A stretch of DNA of 64,000 nucleotides, taken from Macrostomum lignano (taxonomy: Eukaryota). The translations under genes were made by a program, and so were the position numbers. Shown here in pieces: positions 1-9,595 of this stretch (positions are counted from its first letter, which is position 1; the number at the start of each line of letters is the position of its first letter). The notes below the pieces were generated by a model, which was not told the DNA's origin, did no database searches, and worked only from the letters and a program-made list of their open reading frames with translations. The stretch is taken from NCBI GenBank assembly GCA_002269645.1, contig NIVC01000118.1, forward strand, positions 1 through 64,000. The letters are read 5' to 3'.

Positions 1-903
1 TGAGTATGACCGACTCTCACTGGTTGGTCATAGACAGTCATGAGTATGACCGACTCACTGGTTGGTCATAGACAGTCATGAGTATGACCGACTCTCACTG
101 GTTGGTCATAGACAGTCATGAGTATGACCGACTCTACTGGTTGGTCATAGACAGTCATGAGTATGACCGACTCTCACTGGTTGGTCATAGACAGTCATGA
201 GTATGACCGACTGTCACTGGTTGGTCATAGACAGTCATGAGTAGACCGACTCTCACTGGTTGGTCATAGACAGTCATGAGTATGACCGACTCTCACTGGT
301 TGGTCATAGACAGTCATGAGTATGACCGACTCTCACTGGTTGGTCATAGAAGTCATGAGTATGACCACTCTCACTGGTTGGTCATAGACAGTCATGAGAA
401 TGACCGACTCTCACTGGTTGGTCATAGAAGTCATGAGATGACGACTCTCACTGGTTGGTCATAGAAGTCATGAGTATGACCGACTCTCACTGGTTGGTCA
501 TAGAAGTCATGAGTATGACCGACTCTCACTGGTTGGTCATGGACAGTCATGAGTATGACCGACTCTCACTGGTTGGTCATAGACAGTCATGAGTATGACC
601 GACTCTCACTGGTTGGTCATAGACAGTCATGAGTATGACCGACTCTCACTGGTTGGTCATAGAAGTCATGAGTATGACCGACTCTCACTGGTTGGTCATA
701 GACAGTCATGAGTATGACCGAACTCTCACTGGTTGGTCATAGACAGTCATGAGTATGACCGATCTCACTGGTTAGTCATAGACAGTCATGAGTATGACCG
801 ACTCTCACTGGTTGGTCATAGACAGTCATGAGTATGACCGACTCTCACTGGTTGTCATAGACAGTCATGAGTATGACCGACTCTCACTGGTTGGTCATAG
901 ACA
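1..903. repeat. 40-bp tandem minisatellite (TGAGTATGACCGACTCTCACTGGTTGGTCATAGACAGTCA), ~22 units, runs off the window start
   Basis: Direct reading: near-identical 40-bp units with occasional 1-2 bp indels and no unique spacers. Confidence 0.97.
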
Positions 904-964
904 GGACTACTTAAATTAGGGACGGGAAACCGGCCAAATCATGCAGAAAATAGTTGAAGGCTGG

Positions 965-2870
965 TTTTTTTTAGTGCTCCCTAAAATTTTATTATTGAAC
1001 GTAGAAGGTATTTCGCCAGCAATGTAGAGAATTTATCCCTCTACAAGATGCACAACTTAAATTTTTTCAATCTTCATTATGAAAGTAGCAGTGAGATTTT
1101 TTGTACAGTACCTCTTTTTTCACAGATATAGAGAATGCCTTTTAAAAATCTGCAGTCGCACGGCTTGTTGTCTATGGTATAAAATGCATCACTATAACAC
1201 TTGTTTATCAATTGAGCATGCAACGAAGCTTGGCTTTAGTCTGTCTGATAACTAATAGAGCCTTATATGTATAAATGAATGAAGAGCTTAGCTAAAGGCA
1301 AAGAAACTCTAGCAAGCCAACTTTTTTCGAGCCAAAAAGCTCACGAGACCCCCATCGGGTGGAACATCAACGTAGAGCTACCCGGACCGGATGTAGCGAG
1401 GCTTTGGCAGTTGCTAGAGCGCAACGAGAACTTGTTCGCCAAGCACGAGTTCGACCTGGGCACGATGGAGCTGCTGCAGCACCAAGTCGAACTGGAAACG
1501 GGAACGCGGGCCGCACCGGCAAATCCAAGCAGCGTCGTCTGCCTCTGTGCGAGACCAGGTGAATAAAAATATCGTACAGATGCTGGACAGCGGCATCATC
1601 GAGCCGTCGTCGTCGTCATGGGCGAGCAACCTGCTGGTGGTCTGCAAGAAGAACGGCAAAATGTACGGACTGGCGGCAGCTGAATGCCTGCACGGTCAAG
1701 GACGCGTACCCACTGCCGCACATGCAGGAAGCATGAATGCTCTGGTCGGGTGCTCCTGGTTCTCACCATCGACTGTCGGCAGGGCTACTACCAGGTGGAG
1801 GTGGCGGAAGAGGACCGGTTTAAAACTGCCTTCTATTCGATCCGCGGCCTGACGCAGTTCCGCAGGACGGGCTTTGGAATTTGCAATGCCCCAGCGACGT
1901 TCCAGCGGCTGATGGAGCTGGTGATGTCCGGTCTGTCCTGGGACTCCGTGCTGACTTACATCAACGACATCATCGTCTTCAGCATAACCTTTGACAAGCA
2001 TCTAGTGAGACTTGAGCGCGTTTTTTTAACGGCTGCGAGATGCGGGTCTCAAACTGCACAATGCGAAGAGCGTGTTCGGCCATCGCCGGGTGCTGTACCT
2101 GGGACACCTGATCAGCGAGCAGGAAGGTATTGCACCGGACCGCAGCAAGTTTGAGGTCATTCGCAGCATCCCTAGTCCAAAGTCGGTCGAAGAGGTGAAG
2201 CGATTCCTCGGCATGCTGCTACCGCCGATTCATCAAAGGGTTCAGCCAGATGGCAAGCTCACAGTAAAGGAAAATTGACCACAAGAAGCAGGCGCGGGGA
2301 GTTCTGATTCCTCCGATTTCCTGGAGATGGTTTCCAGGGGAAAGCTGGCATACAGGCCTGAGTGGCTGCTTCAATTCTCTCGCCTATGGTCCGCCAGCTT
2401 TACACTGCAGTCTCCAAGCTGTGCCTCCCCGTGTGCATAACTTTTTTCTGACCATTTGCCGAATGCTGCGAACTTCTTTCCTGGTCATACGTACGTACAG
2501 TCACCGACTGCGACTCCGTGAAAAAAATCGTCTGCTGCTTTCCCTTTGCTCTATTTCCATTGCCCCCCCCCGAATTCGCGTGGCTCGGTTTCAGAGTAAT
2601 TGCAGTGCAACTTTCAGAGTAATGACAGGAAAATTTCATTTTTTATTCAGTTATTCAAGGCTAGTTTTTAGACGACGCAGCAGAAGCGGCTACAAGCTTA
2701 ACTGAATAGTGATTATGCTTGTGCAGAAACCCTAGACATTTCAAAAAGGCATTATGTTAAATTCCCTAGAAAAAGGGGGTGCATCTTGTAGAGGGATAAA
2801 TTCTGTACAGGATGGCGAAAAAACCAGCTTTCCACGTTGAATAATAAATTCAAGGGAGCGCTAGAAAAAC
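965..2870. mobile_element. Non-autonomous DNA-transposon-like element with long imperfect terminal inverted repeats
   Basis: Perfect 26-bp inverted repeat AGAATTTATCCCTCTACAAGATGCAC (1028-1053 vs 2779-2804). It extends outward imperfectly to ~965/2870 and weakly inward. No TSD identified. Confidence 0.65.
1390..2280 (+). pseudogene. Ty3/Gypsy pol fragment (reverse transcriptase), frameshifted
   Basis: Across frames: MLDSGIIEPSSSSWASNLLVV, TIDCRQGYYQV..EEDRFKTAF, FGICNAPATFQRLM, YINDIIVFS (YxDD decayed), YLGHLIS..GIAPD, SVEEVKRFLG. No LTRs or integrase seen. Confidence 0.9.
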
Positions 2871-2935
2871 AGTCATGAGTATGATCGACTCTTACTGATT
2901 GCTCATAGACAGTCATGAGTATGATGGACTCTCAA
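2869..2935. repeat. Two decayed units of the 40-bp minisatellite
   Basis: CAGTCATGAGTATGATCGACTCTTACTGATTGCTCATAGACAGTCATGAGTATGATGGACTCTC aligns to the 1-903 unit. Confidence 0.85.
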
Positions 2936-2958
2936 TAGCATGCCATACAGCTACTTAC

Positions 2959-3156
2959 CTGGGATTTCCATCAATGTACAGCTCACAGCAGTCGCTGTAC
3001 TTCACCTGGATGTAATAAGTGTGGCTGTGCCACAACACCGCCAAGATCTGCTCAGCATCAGCGTCAGATTCCTTCGGGCAGCTGGGCAAAATTGCGAAGT
3101 TGCCCGACTTTCTTAGAAATATCTGCTCAGGATTTTGTAAGCTGGCGTGGAACTGG
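2959..3156 (-). CDS. Internal exon encoding a degenerate SH2-like domain
   Basis: CCCGCAG acceptor and AG|GTAAGT donor. The peptide QFHASLQNPEQIFLRKSGNFAILPS...QILAVLWHSHTYYIQVKY..ELYIDG follows the SH2 pattern (resembles the SLP-76/BLNK type). Other exons not located. Confidence 0.5.
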
Positions 3157-3244
3157 CTGCGGGTGGAGGTGGCAGAAGGCGGATTGGTATGGGATTGAAA
3201 TGTGACTGCGATGGGATTAGGCAGGATCGGAGTTGTGATCAATA

Positions 3245-3500
3245 TGGGACTGGTATTAGATTGGGTTGGGGTTTAATATGGGATTAAGATGGGATTTGGA
3301 ATAGAATAAATGATAGAATTGAGACGGGAATACGAGTAGTTGGATTGGAATGGGATCCAGATCGGATTAGGTGGAATTGAGGTGGGATTGAGATGGGATC
3401 CGGATGGGATCGGGTTGGGATCGGTTTGGGATCGGGATGGGATTGGGATGGGATCGGGATGGGATCGGGATGGGATCGGGATGGGATCGGGATGGGATTT
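3245..3500. repeat. GGGAT/GGGATC degenerate pentamer repeat
   Basis: Direct reading. Confidence 0.85.
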
Positions 3501-4064
3501 ATATAGAATTTCGGAAAGGTTGCAATGAAAACGAAAGGTATTAATATTATTATTGCAGCAATAAATAGTGAGAAAACTGTAATTGACGGTAATTAGTTTA
3601 CCAAGAGCAAGAACGCGGTTTGGCAATTATTGAAAGTCGCAGCTTCTCGATATCCACAGATTTGTCCGACATTTTCAAAACTTTTAAAGGTTTTAGCAGA
3701 ACTGTCGCGCTCTCTCTAAAGCTTGCAGATGGAAGCCAGCAAAATCACGTGAAGCCAGCTTAATATTGAAGTCAAGCCTAGATAGAAAGAAGGACGAACT
3801 ATTTAGAGAAGATTTAATCAACGTTATAAACTGTGAAGCTGGGCCACTGAGGGTCACATGATGTGCATTTCAATTTGGCTCAGCGGCTGTGATGGCGATG
3901 GGCTGGAATGTGAAGATCAGTATAGAAAGCAAAGGTGTTTTAAGCGCTTTTAGTTTAAAACTGTAGTTTGTCCTCTGCAGCAAAGCGAGCGAGGGTAGAA
4001 TTTCGTCACTCTTGGTAACTTCTTCTTGGTAATCACATTGGTTAACCCAACGTACCGCTTTGGT

Positions 4065-4880
4065 ATCTTAATTATTATCTTGGGTATCTCATTCCTAATC
4101 TAGGGTATCTCAATCCTCATCTAGGGTATCTCAATCCTTATCCATGGTATCTCATTCCTCATGTAGGGTATCTCACTCTTTATCTTTGGTATCTCATTCC
4201 TCATCTAGGGTATCTCAATCCTCATCTAGGGTATCTCACTCCTTATCTTTGGTATCTCATTCCTCATCTAGGGTATCGTAATCCTTCTCTTGGGTAATAT
4301 CAATCCTTATCTTGGGTATCTCAATCCTAATCTTTGATATCTCATTCCTAATCTACCGGTAGGGTATCTCATTCCTCATCTAGGGTATCTCAATCCTTAT
4401 CCATGGTATCTCATTCCTCATCTAGGGTATCGTAATCCTTCTCTTGGGTAATATCAATCCTTATCTTGGGTATCTCAATCCTAATCTTTGATATCTCATT
4501 CCTAATCTACCGATAGGGTATCTCATTCCTCATCTAGGGTATCTCAATCCTTATCCATGGTATCTCAATCCTCATCTAGGGTATCTCAATCCTCATCTAG
4601 TGTATCTCACTCCTTATCTAGGGTATCTCATTCCTCATCTAGGGTATCGCAATAATTGTCTTGGGTAATATCAATCCTTAATCTTGGGTATCTCAATCCT
4701 TATCTTGGGTCACTCCTTATCATTGGTATCTCAATTATTATCATGGGTATCAAATCCTTATCATTGGTATCTCAATTATTATCATGGGTATCAAATCCTT
4801 ATCATTTGTATTTCAATTATTATCATGGGTATCCAATCCTTCTTTGGGTATCTTAACCCTTACATTGGGTATCTCAGTCC
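4065..4880. repeat. ~21-bp degenerate minisatellite (GGGTATCTCAATCCTCATCTA)
   Basis: Direct reading, with a higher-order duplication inside the array. Confidence 0.92.
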
Positions 4881-5420
4881 GTATATTTTAGTTCCATCAT
4901 TTTCGTATCCAATATCCACTGTTCCAAAACATCCTCAACATTCCTCAACACGCCTACACTAATAATTACGACCTATCCAACAGAAAATCCATATTAAGTA
5001 AAAATTAATAGCTGTGACGATTTGCTAGACAGACATAAACAACTCGAAAGAACTCATTAATTAAGCTCAATGCTGACGCAAAAAGAGCAGCTAATTGGGT
5101 GAGCGGGGGCCGTTATTTCCCGCCATCCATTTGCGTTGAAAAGAAGATGATGCATTTGAGCTGATCACCTGCCGCCTTTGGGGAGTCATGCAGCCCGGTG
5201 GACCGGGGGTGAAACTGCATCAGATTCTTTATTGTTTCTCATCAGACTGCTGGCCATCCTGCTGGCTGATGGTCTCCACTGAATGCCACTAGCGGAGCCC
5301 GTAGCCAGGAGGACAGGCAGATGGCCTTTCATTTTCTTTCTCCTATCGATCCCTCAAACCTTCCTTTCTCTGCCTCACCTTCTCTTCTCCCCTCTAACTT
5401 CCTTCTCCTCTCCCTCTCTA

Positions 5421-6456
5421 ACAACAACAACAACAAAAGACGCTGTCAATATGGCAAAAGTCAGCGTCACAGGGCGCGCTTCATGGCTTGGGCGTGAACA
5501 AAGGCCGCGCCACCGGCAGTGTCCGGGGCGCCGGCGTCAGCCAGCAGACAGTCGACATTACGCCGAGTTCGCGCTTGACCTCGCCGGTAGGGTGCCTGCA
5601 GCGTGAGCAGCAGCACCTCCTGCACCGCTGTGGGCAGTACGACTCGGCGCGGATGAGATGGCCTGCGAGCTGGAGTCGCCGACGGCGCAGTAGATCACTT
5701 GGACGTGGCAGGCCAGCGCGGCGATAGAGTGCCGCGTTGGTGACTCGCTCGACGCCGATGTTGAAGGCGGCGCGCAGCAGGCCAGCGTGCGCCGCATCGA
5801 CTTGCTGTTCGAGTGAGTCCGTCAGCGTCCAGGTCTCGGCGTTGTACAGCAGGACGGTCTCGATTACCGCCTGGAACAGCGCCGCCCTCTGGCGGTCCGG
5901 TAGGGCCTCGGACTGCAGGACTGCCCTCACAGAACGAAAGGCAGCCCAGGCAAGCCCGCGGCGGCGTCGCAGGTCCTCGCGAGCGTCTGGAACCAGACCA
6001 CCGAGGTAGACGAACTGCTGACATCGCGGGAGTTCGGTCGCCTGCCCGTCAGCGCCTCGGCAGAATATTGCAGCCTCGATGTCGTCCGGCACGCAGAGCA
6101 CAACGGTCTTCTGCGTGTTGACCACCAGGCCGACACTCGCCGCAACGGCAACCAGCCTGTCCAGCTGCCGTTGGGCGCCCTCGACGGTCGAGGACAGCAG
6201 GGCGAGGTCGTCGGCGTAGCCAAGCACGCTGAGCCGCTTCTCCGGTTGACTTCGACCTACGCGTCGCCGCAGCAGAAAACCGTCGTCGTCGGTAGGAAGA
6301 GCAGTCCGCAGCACCCAGTCAAGCACCAGGACGAACAGGAACGGCGCCAGCGTATCTCCCTGAAGTACTCCGGAGGATGTCTCAAAGGAGTCCGATAGGC
6401 CGTCCGTGTTGTCACAGCAGCTGTCGTATCACGGTAAATCGCCACAATGGCGGAGA
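5421..6456 (-). mobile_element. 5'-truncated RTE-type non-LTR retrotransposon (RT C-terminal half)
   Basis: Motifs GVLQGDTLAPFLFVLVLDW, LGYADDLALL and FVYLGGLV. The 3' tail is (TTG)5. A 10-bp TSD, TCCCTCTCTA, lies at 5411-5420 and 6457-6466. Confidence 0.92.
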
Positions 6457-6609
6457 TCCCTCTCTACCATCCCTCTCTCTATCCCCACTACCCGGATTCA
6501 CTCCCTCTACCTCTCTAACCTCCTTCTCTCTCCACCTACCTTCTATCCATCTGTTGATGAGGGGCCCACCCTGCTCGACCGTTCACTAGCCGGCACCGAT
6601 CACTTCATC

Positions 6610-8110
6610 TGAAATCTTGAGACGCAAGCTGGAGGCTATCAAAGAGGGCGCCCAAGACCGTAGGAGCACTCCAAACATTAACAAGACCGAGGTACATGTA
6701 AGAGCACTACGAGACCTGCGAGAGGACAAGTCAATCGTCATCAAGCTGACCGACAAGGGCCATCAGCTGGTTATCCTGGACCAGCAGGACTACGTGCGCG
6801 AATGCTGGACGACCCGCTCTTCCACCGGCCTATGAGCGCGAATAAACCGCTTCACGGCCCGGTGGATCCGCGCCGTCTTCCAGTCGCTTCGAAGAGTTTC
6901 GAACTCGGTGCTTTTACGTTCTGCTGAAAATACACACGACCGTCAAATAGTGACCGCTCAATGGCATCCCTACAAGTCGACCCATTGTGTCGGATGTGGA
7001 CAGCGAGTCGCTTCATTGAAAGTTTCATACAGCCTCAGAGAAGACTTTCCTGTTCACCATGGATGTCGCCAGACTGTACAAGAACATCCTGACTGACGCC
7101 GGAATCGGCTGTGTGCGGAGGGCATTGAGGGAGCACCCGGGCATCGTACAGCGCCCTGACGATAGCCTTCTCGCGCTGCTCAAGTTGAACTTGGAGTGCA
7201 ACGACTTTAAGTTCGACGGCCAGTTCTTCATGCAGGTCAAGGGCCCAGCTGTAGTAACATTTGCATGAGATACTGGGAGCGGAGACGGCCAGTACAACGA
7301 AACCCACCCTGTGGCTCCAGTACATCGACGATATCTTCGGCTCATCCTCTTCCACCAACTACTTGAGGGCCTTGACCCCAACATCAGGCTGCAACTGAGC
7401 TACAGCAACACTGTGGTGGATTTTTTGGACCGGGCAGGAGACACCAAGAAGCTCGGCACCAGGGTGTTCTTCAAGCCCACTGACAGCCGAGAGCAGTCAT
7501 CCACCGCGGCTCGTTCCACTCTAAGCGGATTTTCAAAGGTTTTTAAGTCCCAGCTCGTCAGGTACGCCCGGCGCTGCTCAAGAATGTCTGGCTTCGACAT
7601 TGCCTGCTCCGAATTGATGTCTAATCTGTTACAGCATCAGGTCTACAGCAAGTATGAGGTGCTGACGTAGCTGGGCTTTTTTCCGACGATGGGAGCGGTC
7701 GGAGTTCGGCTTCCTGCCCTGCAACCCGAGCCGACTCTGCAGAAACTGCCGTGCGCACTCGAGATTCACCTCGGTCTGTCCGAGATCGGCTGCTACGACA
7801 GTTCAGATTTTCATCAGGCAGAGAATCAACCGCAACCCTGTGACCGCACAGCTCTACGTCAAAGAGATGGCTAACAGAATCTGGGCACGTGTGCTGGCTC
7901 TCATCAGCGATACACCTGTGGTCTGACACTTCACCGGTGATAATCACAGTGTCGCGATTTTGCCTTCACCGGCGTATGGACACGCGACAGTACGGAAATC
8001 AGGACGGGGCGAGCAGTTTCAGCGTCGGGATGCTCAGCTGATCGACGTCATGAAGACCCAACGTCCCATACGGCATCAGTGAGAGATCTAAGGTGCTCAA
8101 CAACCCGGCA
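6610..8110 (+). mobile_element. Decayed Penelope-like element (RT + Zn-finger/GIY-YIG endonuclease remnant)
   Basis: ALRDLREDKSIVIKLTDKG..VILD..DY, FTMDVARLY.NI, CNDFKFDGQFFMQVKG, LQYIDDIF, VDFLD, TRVFFKPTDS, KSQLVRYARRCS, GFLPCNPSRLCRNCRAH, LYVKE, HFTGDNHSV. Many stops and frameshifts. Confidence 0.85.
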
Positions 8111-8342
8111 GTCCCTCGTCTCTATCTGCTTTATCTCGTCTCATTTTTAAAGGTCACAGTGACCTACGCATGTGGTTCGCTACATTTGACATTTTAGTGT
8201 CTACGACTCATTTGGATGTATGCTGGAACATACGATCTGCGTACGTTTTTATTTTAAATTGCGCGCTCGCCACTCACCCATCGACCACTCACTTCTCATC
8301 TTTATATCCGAGAACACCTCGCTTAAAAATATTTGCGTTCAT

Positions 8343-8371
8343 AATAGCCCTGAGGAAGAAATATCGGCATT
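8343..8371 (+). ncRNA. Possible vestigial minimal type I hammerhead ribozyme (helix II missing)
   Basis: AATAGCC-CTGAGGA-A-GAAA-TA-TC-GGCATT: both core boxes, a palindromic helix III and helix I pairing (GCC/GGC, AAT/ATT), just 3' of a Penelope-like ORF. Confidence 0.35.
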
Positions 8372-9077
8372 TCATTTAACATCTGCGCTTACCGTGTCAG
8401 TGTTTTGGGGTCTGAGGACTTCCCTCTCTCCCTTTTTCCTTCCCCTCACCCTTATCCCCCTTTGCCTCTTTACTGTACCCTCTCTGCCATACCCCACTGT
8501 CTGGCTTCTATATTTCGTACCTATTCTCAGCTGTCCGACTCTGAGCAGCCTCTCTTTCAAATTTTATGTAGATAAAGTTTGGGTGGGTCCTAGAGTTAAA
8601 CCGCAGTAAGTTAACTTAACGACACGGTACAAGCGTACTTAACATAAATGTACCTTTAATTAGATAAAGAACTATTTCCAAGAAATACGTGCACGATATG
8701 CGTACAATAATATGCTGAAATTCATAGGCTCGCATGCATATCTGTCAAATAGGGGCTAGATTTCCTGGAAATAGCACCGCCCGTGAAGAACAGCAATTAT
8801 ACAGTATATATAAATAATGATATGTATCTATGAACCCCTGTCTGTTCAATAACTAAGTGTGCGTATCTGACCACCCAAGAAACAATAACTTGATCCTTCC
8901 ATACAATATATATCTACCATATACTAAAATCACCAACTAATTCGTTCGAAAAGGTAAAGAACTGTCATTTTTAATTTGAAAATTTGCGAACTACAAAGCT
9001 AGTTATGCGTATATTACAAAATAATCGTAAAAAATAGTTTGCTAGACGCTTGGAGTCTACATACTTAATAAATTATA

Positions 9078-9440
9078 AGTGTGTGTCTCTGCTGTTTAAG
9101 ATGTGTGTCTACTCTTTGTGAGGTGTGTGTGTCTGCTGTGTGAGGTGTGTGTCTACTCTGTGCGAGGTGTGTGTGTCTGCTGTGTCGAGGTGTGTGTGTC
9201 TGCTGTGTGAGGTGTGTGTCTACTCTGTGTGAGGTGTGTGTCTACTCTGTGCGAGGTGTGTGTCTCTGCTGTTTAAGATGTGTGTCTACTTTATGTGAAG
9301 GTGTGTGCGTGTGTGTGTGTGTGTTAGTGAGGCTGTGCCTCTGCTGTGTGAGGCTGTGTCTCTGCTATATGAGGCTGTCTCTCTGCTGTGTGAGGCTGTG
9401 TCTCTGGTGTGTGAGGCGTGTGTCGACTCTGTGTGAAGTA
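9078..9440. repeat. TG-rich ~20-bp degenerate minisatellite
   Basis: Repeated GTGTGTCT(A)CT(G)CTGTGTGAG-like units. Confidence 0.85.
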
Positions 9441-9595
9441 TTCATACCAAGTTTTATATTGAAAGCTGTGATTTACTGTGCGGCTACTGAGCAATGCCCA
9501 TAAATTCCGAAATATTCCCAATAGTTGCAATACTTGTATACATTCGCGATCGTGTTGAACATATTTCGTTCAAATACTTCAGGTAGGCCTCTGCG

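Noticed and set aside
1-903. CRISPR-like array (palindromic ~40-bp repeats)
   Set aside because: The units are contiguous with no unique spacers, the context is eukaryotic and there are no cas genes. The same applies to 54457-54750.
5200-5260. Hammerhead on the minus strand (CTGATGA-GAAA)
   Set aside because: No helix I or helix III pairing or cleavage triplet could be built around the core words.
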